Shown here piece after piece: positions 1-8,240 of a stretch of 39,072 nucleotides of DNA. Each line of letters begins with the position of its first letter. Position 1 is the stretch's first letter. The translations under genes were made by a program, and so were the position numbers. This DNA comes from Sphingomonas paucimobilis (GTDB lineage: Bacteria; Pseudomonadota; Alphaproteobacteria; Sphingomonadales; Sphingomonadaceae): assembly GCA_945860425.1 (NCBI GenBank), contig CAMAQU010000001.1:1-39072 (forward strand). Reading direction: 5' to 3'. The notes under the pieces are model-generated. The model searched no databases, had not been told where the DNA came from, and saw nothing but the letters and a program-made list of their open reading frames with translations.

Positions 1-354
1 CTGAATGCGGGCGACGTCGTCGATAAGCTCGTCGAGCGCGAACGCTTGGGCTCGACAGGCTTTGGCGGGGGCGTTGCGATTCCGCATGGCAAGATTGTCG
101 GGTTGGAGCATGTCGTTGGCATTTTTCTTCGGCTTGCAAATCCTGTGGACGTGCACGCCATTGACGATTTGCCCGTTGATCTGATTTTTTGTCTGCTGTC
201 CCCGCCCGATGCGGGTTCCGAACATTTAAAGGCTCTAGCGCAAGTCAGCCGCTGGCTGCGCAATCCCGGGTTCGTTGCCAAGCTGCGTGGGGCCGGGTCT
301 GCCGATGCGATCTATGCCCTGTTCAGCACCAGTCAGACGCGTGACGCGGCCTGA
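1..354 (+). CDS. ptsN: PTS IIA-like nitrogen regulatory protein (EIIA-Ntr), 5'-truncated by window edge
   Basis: Frame open from base 1: LVERERLGSTGFGGGVAIPHGK (phospho-His motif), D..PVDLIF.LL.P, HLKALA. Confidence 0.93.
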   Translation: MNAGDVVDKLVERERLGSTGFGGGVAIPHGKIVGLEHVVGIFLRLANPVDVHAIDDLPVDLIFCLLSPPDAGSEHLKALAQVSRWLRNPGFVAKLRGAGSADAIYALFSTSQTRDAA

Positions 355-372
355 TCACACGGGCCGTGGCGC

Positions 373-714
373 ATGACGCCGCGCCTTGCGACGGGGGTCT
401 ATGTGAACGCGCTGATCCGCCGCGTGAACCAATCGGGCGGCATGGCGGCTGTTCTGGCCAAAGGCGATGAAACCGCCGGAGCACTTCTCCTCATCACGCT
501 GGAAAAGGGCGTGAATACAGGGGCTTGGGAACGCACCCTGGGCCTTGACGGGTCTTATCAATGGACCCCCATTTCATCTCAAACCACTGAAAATGAACAA
601 GAAATTTCGCAGATTTGCGCCAAAAGACGGGCATCTGACCCGGATTTATGGATTGTCGAACTGGATATCGCACAAGCCGCACGGTTCGCCGCTGAAATGG
701 ATGGCGCGCATTGA
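373..714 (+). CDS. DUF1491 family protein
   Basis: N-terminal PRLATG.YV.ALIRR, KGD.TAG.LL and C-terminal DPDLWIVELD are typical of DUF1491; follows ptsN. Confidence 0.8.
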   Translation: MTPRLATGVYVNALIRRVNQSGGMAAVLAKGDETAGALLLITLEKGVNTGAWERTLGLDGSYQWTPISSQTTENEQEISQICAKRRASDPDLWIVELDIAQAARFAAEMDGAH

Positions 715-876
715 CTTACCTGCGGCCAGACGAGAGAGCGCCCTCAGTTTAAAGCGCATCGCCGTGCCGCCACCTGCGCAACTGGGCTCTGGGCGCGAAT
801 GCAGACAGGGGAATGAACCAGCCGCACCTGTATTTGCGTGGCCCCGGATCAGACTCCTGCAGTTAAAGAAAACAGA

Positions 877-1506
877 ATGCGATCCACCTCCCTCACCGCA
901 GCACTTGCCGTGCTGTCGATCCCCGTTTTGGCTACTCTTGCAACCGTTGCTCCGACCAATCCGGTCTGGGCCAATGATATTCCCGGCATTATTGAGCCCC
1001 GGCAGCTCCCGCGCAAGGCGGTTGAGCAGCCAGCCGAAGATGCCTTATCCGACACACAAATTCCTGCCTCTGATGATGGCGCGCCGCCTAAGACGCAGAC
1101 CCTCCCGGGTCTTGTTGCGCTTCATGCTGGCACCAACCCGGCTGATCGGGATGCCGAATGCCTGGCCTCTGCCATTTATTTTGAATCCAAGGGTGAAAGC
1201 CTGGATGGCCAGCTTGCCGTGGCAAAGACCATTCTTAACCGCACCCGCTCTGGCCGCTTCCCCGCGTCCATCTGCGGCGTTGTGTTTCAGCCCGGCCAGT
1301 TTTCCTTCGTGCGCGCGAAAGGCTTTCCGCCCATTGCCCGCACCAGCCGCCATTGGCAGACGGCACAGGCCATCGCCCATATCGCTGCTCATGATTTGTG
1401 GGACGCGCCCGTGGAGGACGCCCTGTTTTTCCATGCCCGCCGGGTCAATCCCCGTTGGCGGATGCAGCGCATAGCCGCCGTCGGCAATCATGTTTTCTAT
1501 CGCTGA
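877..1506 (+). CDS. Cell wall hydrolase, SleB/Hydrolase_2 family
   Basis: Signal-like N-terminus from ATG 877; CLASAIYFESKGE..GQLAVA..ILNR, FP.SICGVVFQPGQFSF, GNHVFYR. Confidence 0.9.
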   Translation: MRSTSLTAALAVLSIPVLATLATVAPTNPVWANDIPGIIEPRQLPRKAVEQPAEDALSDTQIPASDDGAPPKTQTLPGLVALHAGTNPADRDAECLASAIYFESKGESLDGQLAVAKTILNRTRSGRFPASICGVVFQPGQFSFVRAKGFPPIARTSRHWQTAQAIAHIAAHDLWDAPVEDALFFHARRVNPRWRMQRIAAVGNHVFYR

Positions 1507-1519
1507 TCGAATGTGATTT

Positions 1520-1545
1520 GGAAAAGGGTGTAATCGCCCTTTTCC
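1520..1545. terminator. Hairpin GGAAAAGGGTG-TAAT-CGCCCTTTTCC, probable intrinsic terminator
   Basis: 11-bp inverted repeat (one G-U) 13 nt after the hydrolase stop codon. Confidence 0.6.
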
Positions 1546-1575
1546 TTGTCCGCATGAACAGGTTAGACGCAGGGC

Positions 1576-2046
1576 ATGGATAGCCCTGCCGAACGTCTTA
1601 TTGCTGCCGATGTTGTGCGGGGTGTCTCTCGCATGCTTTATCGCCATGATTATTTGGGCGTGGCCCAAGTGCCTTTGGGCAATGGCCGCCGCGCCGATAT
1701 CATGGCCCTTGGCCCCAAGGGCGAAGTGATTATCGTCGAGGTGAAAGTCTCGCGCGCGGATCTTTTAGGCGATGGCAAATGGCCCGATTATCTCGATTAT
1801 TGCGACCGCTATTTTTGGGCCGTGCCGCAAGGCTTTGACCTTGGCCTGTTTGAACGTGAGTCGCTCGCACCCATGACCACAGGACTCATCGTGGCAGACC
1901 GCTATGATGCGGCCATTTTGCGAGAGCCAGACCCGCGCCCTTTGGCGGCGGCCCGCCGCAAAGCAGAAACACTGCGCCTTGCCCGCATGGCCGCCCGGCG
2001 GATGATGGTGATATCGTCGGTGCTGGAAATTGAAATCGAGGGCTGA
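1576..2046 (+). CDS. mmcB: MmcB family DNA repair protein (DUF1052, PD-(D/E)XK-like)
   Basis: LGNGRRADIMAL..KGEV.IVEVKVSRADL.GD.KWPDYLDYCDRYFWAV, GLIVADRYDA, RRKA. Confidence 0.88.
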   Translation: MDSPAERLIAADVVRGVSRMLYRHDYLGVAQVPLGNGRRADIMALGPKGEVIIVEVKVSRADLLGDGKWPDYLDYCDRYFWAVPQGFDLGLFERESLAPMTTGLIVADRYDAAILREPDPRPLAAARRKAETLRLARMAARRMMVISSVLEIEIEG

Positions 2047-3153
2047 TCAGGCGGCGTGATACCAATGGACGCCGTCTTGCGCTTCGCGCTTGGCACGGCC
2101 GGTGTGGATCAGGCGGTTGAGATGGGCCACGGCCTCTCCGGTGGCGAGCTCTCGATTATGCTCCCCAATGGGCCGGTTGAACAACAGGCTGAAGCAATCG
2201 ACCGCGCGCAGAGGCTTTTCTTTCAGCGTTGCGTGAACGGCATCGAGCCGCTGACCATGTTCGTCGCGCAACGCGGCTAGCCGCAAATGCATGCCGTAAA
2301 ATGGCTCGCCATGCGCTGGGCAGACCAGCAACCCTTCGGGAAGCGTCAGCAGCCGATCAATTGAGTCCAGCCATTCCCCAAGAGGGTCGGCCTCAGGCTC
2401 GGACAGGCTCACCGATACGTTGGAGCTGATGCGCGGCAAAATCTGATCGCCCGACACCAGCACGCCTTCGGCCTCATTCAGCAGGCAGGCATGTTCCGGG
2501 CTATGGCCCGACCCGACGACAACGCGCCATTGATGCCGCCCCATATCCAGCACATCCCCGTCTTGCATCCGGCGATAGCTGGTGGGCATTTCATACATCA
2601 TGCCGGCAAAGCGGCCCCAGCCGTTGGCCATCATTTCGGTCACTGCGTCCGCATCCCACCCGGCGGCGCGCTGCCGTTCGGCATAGGCGTTTGGCGGGGT
2701 GTCGCGCACATCGCCGATCAGCATGCGCGCGGTCAGCCATTCGCCGCGGGTCATCCACAGTTCCGTGCCAGAGCGTTTGCACAGCCACCCGGCAAGGCCA
2801 ATATGGTCGGGATGCAGGTGGGTTCCAATCACCCGCGTGATGGGCTTGCCCGCCAAATCCTGAGCGAAAATCGCCTTCCAGGCCCCACTGCATTCTTCCA
2901 GAAGCAGACCAGTATCGACGACGGCCACGCCATCATGATCGTCCAACAACCAGCTGTTGATATGGCCAAGCGAGCCGGGCATCGGAATGCGGGCCCAGCC
3001 AATGCCGGGGGCAATGGGGTGTACACTGCCCTTGCCGGGTTCGAAATCCCCCCAAGGATAGGTCAGGCCCGCACTGCTGGTCGCCGTGAAACTTTCATCG
3101 GCGGTCAGCGATGCATCAGGCGACTGGGTGTCAGGCGTCCCGGTCTTGGCCAA
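2047..3153 (-). CDS. MBL-fold metallo-hydrolase
   Basis: THLHPDHIG metal motif, GHSPEH, SGDQILP, PAHG; probable TTG start at 3153 with GGAGG 6 nt upstream (ORF track extends to 3207). Confidence 0.85.
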   Translation of the reverse strand: MAKTGTPDTQSPDASLTADESFTATSSAGLTYPWGDFEPGKGSVHPIAPGIGWARIPMPGSLGHINSWLLDDHDGVAVVDTGLLLEECSGAWKAIFAQDLAGKPITRVIGTHLHPDHIGLAGWLCKRSGTELWMTRGEWLTARMLIGDVRDTPPNAYAERQRAAGWDADAVTEMMANGWGRFAGMMYEMPTSYRRMQDGDVLDMGRHQWRVVVGSGHSPEHACLLNEAEGVLVSGDQILPRISSNVSVSLSEPEADPLGEWLDSIDRLLTLPEGLLVCPAHGEPFYGMHLRLAALRDEHGQRLDAVHATLKEKPLRAVDCFSLLFNRPIGEHNRELATGEAVAHLNRLIHTGRAKREAQDGVHWYHAA

Positions 3154-3796
3154 GTTCTGCCTCCGCTTGGGCGGCAGCGGCATTAGCTGCACGGGTGGCG
3201 GCGTCACGTTCGGCGCGCAGCTCTTCGATCAGGGCAGCCCGATCCCCTTCCAGGCGGGTGTCTTCGACGGCCTTAATGCCTTTCAGTTTAGCTGCTTTGG
3301 CAACGGTCGCATCCAGCTCTCGCTGCGAGCACAGGCCAAGGGCGACAGGGTCTTTCGGCGTAATATCGGCAATATTCCAATGGGTCCGTTCCCGCAGCGC
3401 CTGAATGGTGTTGCGTGTCGTGCCAATGAGCTTTCCGATTTGGCCGTCCGACAATTCGGGATGGTTGCGGATCAACCAGGCTACGCCATCGGGCTTGTCC
3501 TGGCGCTTAGAAACAGGCGTATAGCGCGGGCCCTTGGTGCGGGTCGGCGCTTCCGGGGCCTTGATCATCACCAGATCATAATTGGGATCCGCCTGACCCT
3601 TTTCAATTTCGGCCTGCGTAAGTTCGCCCGCGCGCACGGGGTCGCGACCCATCAGCTTGGTGCCGGAGGTTTCATCGGCAATGGCCTGAATTTCAAGGAT
3701 GTGCAGGCCGCAAAAACGGGCGATCTGCTCAAAGGTCAGCGCGCTATTGTCGACCAGCCATGCGGCAGTCGCATGAGGCATGAGCGGTTGGGCCAC
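3131..3796 (-). CDS. trcR: DUF1013 family protein (TrcR-like RNA polymerase-associated cell-cycle transcription factor)
   Basis: PLMPHATAAWLVDN.ALTFEQIA.FCGLH.LE, GPRYTPVSKRQDKPD, HWNI..I.PKDPV.LGLCSQ; GTG start at 3796 after GGGAG. Confidence 0.85.
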   Translation of the reverse strand: MAQPLMPHATAAWLVDNSALTFEQIARFCGLHILEIQAIADETSGTKLMGRDPVRAGELTQAEIEKGQADPNYDLVMIKAPEAPTRTKGPRYTPVSKRQDKPDGVAWLIRNHPELSDGQIGKLIGTTRNTIQALRERTHWNIADITPKDPVALGLCSQRELDATVAKAAKLKGIKAVEDTRLEGDRAALIEELRAERDAATRAANAAAAQAEAELGQDRDA

Positions 3797-3855
3797 GGAG
3801 TTTCTCCCAAAATAATGAGGGCCGCCCCTCACGGAGCGGCCGGATGTATGCCGCT

Positions 3856-3884
3856 GATCTAGTCGCGCTGAGCGCCAAGGGCAA
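3856..3884 (-). promoter_or_regulatory. Putative promoter of trcR: TTGCCC-17 nt-TAGATC
   Basis: Minus-strand -35/-10-like hexamers with 17-nt spacing about 60 nt upstream of the GTG. Confidence 0.5.
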
Positions 3885-3998
3885 GAGTTTCGGTCCATTC
3901 AGCTGATTTTGCGGCACATCAGGCCCCCGCATAAGTCTTGATTTGAAATGCGTTCCCCGTCATCCCTTGGGTAAATGAGATCATAAATGGAGAGTGCC

Positions 3999-5282
3999 AT
4001 GGCGGACACCCTGAAATTGCCCAGCGATATTGCAGCGGCACTGGCCGATCCAAAGGCGTACGGCCAATGGTCTGGCCTTCAGGATAAATTCGCCTGGGCG
4101 CGGCAGAACATGCCTTTGGGCGTGGCGGAAGTGCCCGGCTTTGATCCGTTTTGGGCTGTCACGCGCCATGCCGACATCATGGAAGTGAGCCGAAACAACA
4201 AGCTCTTCGCCTCAGGCATCCGGCAAACGACTCTGGCGCAGAGCCTTGTTGATCAGGCGATCCGCAGCCAGATTCCCGATGGGCATCTGATTCGCTCTTT
4301 GGTGCAGATGGACGCGCCGGACCACATGAAATATCGCTTGCTAACCCAGGCTTGGTTCATGCCGAAGAATCTCCGGGTATTGGAAGATCGTATTCGCGAA
4401 ATTGCCCGAGAAACGGTTGATCATATGCTCTCGCTGGGCGGGGAATGCGATTTCGCAACGGATGTCGCGCTGCATTATCCGTTGCGCGTCGTTATGAATA
4501 TCTTGGGCGTTCCGCGGGAAGATGAGCCCCGCATGTTGATGCTGACGCAACAGCTGTTTGGATCAACCGACCCGGAACTGAATCGGGCGCGTGCGGAAAT
4601 CACAGACCCGATGGCCGCCCTTCAGATGTTGCAATTTGTGGTCGCGGACTTTGAGACCTATTTTAAGAACTTAACCGAAGACCGCCGGAAAAACCCGCAA
4701 GAAGATGTGGCAACGGTGCTGGCCAATGCGACTGTTAATGGCGCGCCCATCCCAGACCGGGAGTTAAATGGCTATTACATCATTGTCGCAACCGCGGGGC
4801 ATGACACAACTTCTGCCTCGACCGCCGGGGCGATGATGGAATTGGCCCGCAACCCCGCGCTCTTTGATCGTTATCGCGCCGCAGAAACGGACAAAGCAGG
4901 CCTGATTGAAGAGGCCATTCGTTGGACCACCCCGGTGCAGCATTTCATGCGCTCCGCCACCGAAGACACCGAACTCGCTGGGCAGAAAATCAAGGCGGGG
5001 GAGTGGCTGATGCTCTGCTATATTTCGGGCAATCGGGATGAGGCCGTTTTTGCCGATCCCATGACGTTCAATCCAGATCGCGCGCCCAACAACCAAATTG
5101 CCTTTGGCTTTGGCGGGCATGTTTGCCTTGGCCAGCATTTGGCCCGCATGGAAATGCGCATCTTGATGGAAGAGCTGTTGCCGCGCCTCAAATCGGTCGA
5201 ACTGGCAGGCGAGCCTGCACGCGCAGAATCGATCTTTGTCGGCGGGCTGAAGCGCCTGCCGATCCGGTTCAAGGCGGCGTAA
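3999..5282 (+). CDS. Cytochrome P450, CYP108 (P450terp)-like
   Basis: Heme motif FGFGGHVCLG, I-helix ATAGHDTT, EEAIRW (ExxR), FW.VTRHADI and LVQMD.PDH; family is by resemblance; start 3999 after GGAG (or 3987). Confidence 0.9.
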   Translation: MADTLKLPSDIAAALADPKAYGQWSGLQDKFAWARQNMPLGVAEVPGFDPFWAVTRHADIMEVSRNNKLFASGIRQTTLAQSLVDQAIRSQIPDGHLIRSLVQMDAPDHMKYRLLTQAWFMPKNLRVLEDRIREIARETVDHMLSLGGECDFATDVALHYPLRVVMNILGVPREDEPRMLMLTQQLFGSTDPELNRARAEITDPMAALQMLQFVVADFETYFKNLTEDRRKNPQEDVATVLANATVNGAPIPDRELNGYYIIVATAGHDTTSASTAGAMMELARNPALFDRYRAAETDKAGLIEEAIRWTTPVQHFMRSATEDTELAGQKIKAGEWLMLCYISGNRDEAVFADPMTFNPDRAPNNQIAFGFGGHVCLGQHLARMEMRILMEELLPRLKSVELAGEPARAESIFVGGLKRLPIRFKAA

Positions 5283-5289
5283 GGCGGAC

Positions 5290-5736
5290 TTAACCCCGGC
5301 CGCGATAGCCGGGGACGTCCTGATCTGGGATCCAGACGTCTTTGGGCGGCGCGCCCGATTGCCAGAAGACATCGATGGGAATGCCGCCGCGCGGATACCA
5401 ATAGCCGCCGATGCGCAGCCAGAGAGGCTTCATTTCGGTAAAAAGCCGCTGGCCAATGCCGACGGTGCAATCCTCATGAAAGCCCGCATGGTTGCGAAAG
5501 GCACCCAGAAACAGCTTCAGCGACTTAGATTCAACAATCGTCTGATCGGGAACATAGTCGATGACGATATGCGCAAAATCTGGCTGGCCCGTCACGGGGC
5601 ACAAAGATGTAAACTCTGGCGAGACAAAGCGCACAAGATACGGGGATCCCGGCCGCGGGTTGGCTGGATAGTCGAGTATGGCGTCTTCCGGGCGTGCTGG
5701 AAGCGCGCTGACCTGTCCGAGATGCTTAAGTGTCAT
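5290..5736 (-). CDS. queF: preQ1 synthase (NADPH-dependent 7-cyano-7-deazaguanine reductase)
   Basis: [40 protein letters not shown]. Confidence 0.96.
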   Translation of the reverse strand: MTLKHLGQVSALPARPEDAILDYPANPRPGSPYLVRFVSPEFTSLCPVTGQPDFAHIVIDYVPDQTIVESKSLKLFLGAFRNHAGFHEDCTVGIGQRLFTEMKPLWLRIGGYWYPRGGIPIDVFWQSGAPPKDVWIPDQDVPGYRGRG

Positions 5737-5765
5737 GGCCGTTCCTTTACGCTAGGTAGGGCGCA

Positions 5766-7307
5766 ATGACCATATTAATCCCCCTTTTGGGCGACCAACT
5801 TTCGTTTGGGGTGTCCGCGCTCGCAGGCGCTGATCCGGCGAACAGCATCGTCTTGATGATGGAGGTGGCGGAAGAAACCACCTATGTCCGACACCATAAG
5901 CGCAAAATCGCCTTCATTCTGTCGGCCATGCGCCATCATGCAGCGGCTTTGCGAGAAGCGGGCTGGACAGTCGATTATGTTCGGCTGGACGATCCTGAAA
6001 ATAGCGGCAGTTTTACCGGTGAAGTGGCCCGCGCTCTGGCTCGGCATGGCTGTTCAATAATCCGCGTGACGCAGGCCAGCGAATGGCGCGTGCAGGCCGC
6101 TATGGAGGGCTGGGCGCAGGCGCTGGGCGTATCGGTCGAGATTTTGCCCGACACGCGTTTTGTGACGCCGCCCGGTTTCTTCAACCGCTGGGCCGAAGGC
6201 CGCCGCCAGTTCCGAATGGAATATTTCTATCGTGAGATGCGGCGCATGACGGGCTTGTTGATGGAGGGGGGTCAACCCGCAGGCGGGGTGTGGAATTATG
6301 ATGCGCAAAATCGCAAGCCGGCGGAAGCGCGCCTCTTCATTCCGCGCCGACAGGGGACAGAGCCAGATGCCATCACGGCGGACGTTTTGTCTCTGGTCGC
6401 GGCGCGCTTTCCCGACCATCCGGGTCGGCTGGACGGGTTTGATCTTGCCGTGACGCACGAAGGTGCGCTGGCCGAGCAAGCGCGATTCTTGGAGCAGGCC
6501 CTCCCCAATTTCGGCGATTATCAAGATGCGATGCTGACAGGGGAGCCATTGCTCTGGCACGCCTTTTTGTCGCCCTATCTCAATGTCGGGCTGCTCGATC
6601 CGCTTGATCTGTGCCGGGCCGTTGAGGCCGAATGGGTGGCGGGGCGCGTGCCGATCAATTCCGCCGAAGGATTTATCCGCCAGATCATCGGCTGGCGCGA
6701 ATATGTGCGCGGTATTTATGTTTGGGCCGGGCCGGATTACGCGACGCGCAATGCGCTTGGGGCGACGCGGCCGCTGCCCGATTTTTACTGGTCGGGCGAC
6801 ACGCAGATGCACTGCCTGTCGCAAGCCATCGGTCAGACACTTAACATAGGTTATGCGCATCATATTCAGCGGCTGATGATTACGGGAAATTATGCGCTGC
6901 TCACCGGTATCGATCCGCATGCGGTGCATCTTTGGTATTTGGCGGTCTATCTCGATGCCTTTGAATGGGTGGAGCTGCCCAATACGCTGGGGATGAGCCA
7001 ATTTGCAGATGGTGGCCTATTGGGGTCCAAACCCTATGTGGCCTCTGGCGCTTATGTTGACCGTATGTCGGATTATTGCGGGTCTTGCGCTTATGATGTG
7101 CGCCAGAAAACAGGGCCAAAGGCCTGCCCCATGAATGCGCTCTATTGGGATTTTCTGGATCGCAACCGGCCAGCGCTCGGAAAAAATGTGCGCCTTGCCA
7201 CCGCCTATCGATCATGGGACAAAATGGATGAGGATCGCCGTCGCGCGCTCACGGCCAGTGCGGCGGCCCATCTGGCAAGGCTCGACGCGGGCGATCCTTC
7301 GATCTAG
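5766..7307 (+). CDS. FeS-cluster cryptochrome/(6-4) photolyase family protein (PhrB/CryB-like)
   Basis: LGDQL, YVRHHKRKI, GG.WNYD..NR, EGFIRQIIGWREY, YAHHIQRLM, and four Cys (MHC, YCGSC, ACP). Confidence 0.9.
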   Translation: MTILIPLLGDQLSFGVSALAGADPANSIVLMMEVAEETTYVRHHKRKIAFILSAMRHHAAALREAGWTVDYVRLDDPENSGSFTGEVARALARHGCSIIRVTQASEWRVQAAMEGWAQALGVSVEILPDTRFVTPPGFFNRWAEGRRQFRMEYFYREMRRMTGLLMEGGQPAGGVWNYDAQNRKPAEARLFIPRRQGTEPDAITADVLSLVAARFPDHPGRLDGFDLAVTHEGALAEQARFLEQALPNFGDYQDAMLTGEPLLWHAFLSPYLNVGLLDPLDLCRAVEAEWVAGRVPINSAEGFIRQIIGWREYVRGIYVWAGPDYATRNALGATRPLPDFYWSGDTQMHCLSQAIGQTLNIGYAHHIQRLMITGNYALLTGIDPHAVHLWYLAVYLDAFEWVELPNTLGMSQFADGGLLGSKPYVASGAYVDRMSDYCGSCAYDVRQKTGPKACPMNALYWDFLDRNRPALGKNVRLATAYRSWDKMDEDRRRALTASAAAHLARLDAGDPSI

Positions 7308-7337
7308 CCTAGGCTTTCTTATTTGAGGAGATTCGAC

Positions 7338-8183
7338 ATGGACTCGCTCGTCAGCACCCAATGGCTTCAAGACGAACTCGGCGCATCCGATCTGCGCGTT
7401 GTGGATGCAAGCCTGTTTCTGCCCGCCGATCAACGCGACCCCAAAGCGGAGTATGAGGCCGCTCATATTCCCGGCGCTGTATTCATGGACTTGTCCGAAA
7501 TTGTCGACACCCATTCCAGCCTACCGATGATGCTGCCGAGCGCCGAAAAATTCGCCAGCCGCATGCAATCGCTTGGGCTGGGCGATGGCAGCCGAATCGT
7601 CCTCTATGATGATAGCCCCTATAAAAGCGCGGCCCGTGCCTGGTGGATGTTGTCCCAAGTTTTTGGCGCGCATGGCGTTGCCAATTTAGATGGCGGGTTG
7701 GCCAAATGGAAAGCCGAAGGCCGCCCGCTGGAAAGCGGCAAGCCTGCTATTCGCCATCGTCATTTCACCGTTTGGAAGAATGAAAAGGTCGTGCGCACCA
7801 AGGCCCAGATTTTGGCGAACCTTGAAAGCGGGGCCGAACAATTGATGGATGCGCGCGGCGCGGCCCGCTTCACCGGGGAAGAGGGGGACCCGCGCCCCAA
7901 TGTTGCCAAAGGCCATATCCCTGGCAGCCTCAACCTTCCTTATGGGCAGATGTTCAATCCAGATGGCAGCTGGAAACAGGGCGACGACTTGCGCGCCGCG
8001 TTCGATGCGGCCGGGATTGATCTCACGCGCCCCTTGGTTGCGACCTGCGGTTCTGGCCTGACGGCGGCAACCCTCGTTTTTGGGGCGCATCTGCTCGGCA
8101 AGGAAGATGTCGCGCTGTATGATGGCAGCTGGTCAGATTGGGGCAGCGACCCGGACACGCCCAAGGCGATGGGCGCTGCGTAA
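7338..8183 (+). CDS. sseA: 3-mercaptopyruvate/thiosulfate sulfurtransferase (double rhodanese)
   Basis: LVST.WL, HIPGAVF, ARAWW, active loop CGSGLTA, LYDGSW..W; GAGGAG RBS. Confidence 0.92.
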   Translation: MDSLVSTQWLQDELGASDLRVVDASLFLPADQRDPKAEYEAAHIPGAVFMDLSEIVDTHSSLPMMLPSAEKFASRMQSLGLGDGSRIVLYDDSPYKSAARAWWMLSQVFGAHGVANLDGGLAKWKAEGRPLESGKPAIRHRHFTVWKNEKVVRTKAQILANLESGAEQLMDARGAARFTGEEGDPRPNVAKGHIPGSLNLPYGQMFNPDGSWKQGDDLRAAFDAAGIDLTRPLVATCGSGLTAATLVFGAHLLGKEDVALYDGSWSDWGSDPDTPKAMGAA

Positions 8184-8240
8184 ATTCTTAGGTTGAGCCA
8201 GAGGTTCGACAGCGTCGGTGCGGCGCGCTAGAAGGGCTTT

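Noticed and set aside
545-1474. 309-aa alternative-frame ORF over the cell-wall hydrolase
   Set aside because: Pro/Arg/Ser-rich off-frame translation. The overlapping frame has clear Hydrolase_2 motifs.
1507-1575. LexA (GTTC-N7-GTTC) SOS box upstream of mmcB
   Set aside because: Only a single GAAC half-site (1556-1559), with no correctly spaced partner.
5737-5765. preQ1 riboswitch upstream of queF
   Set aside because: Only 29 bp intergenic and no preQ1 aptamer pattern.
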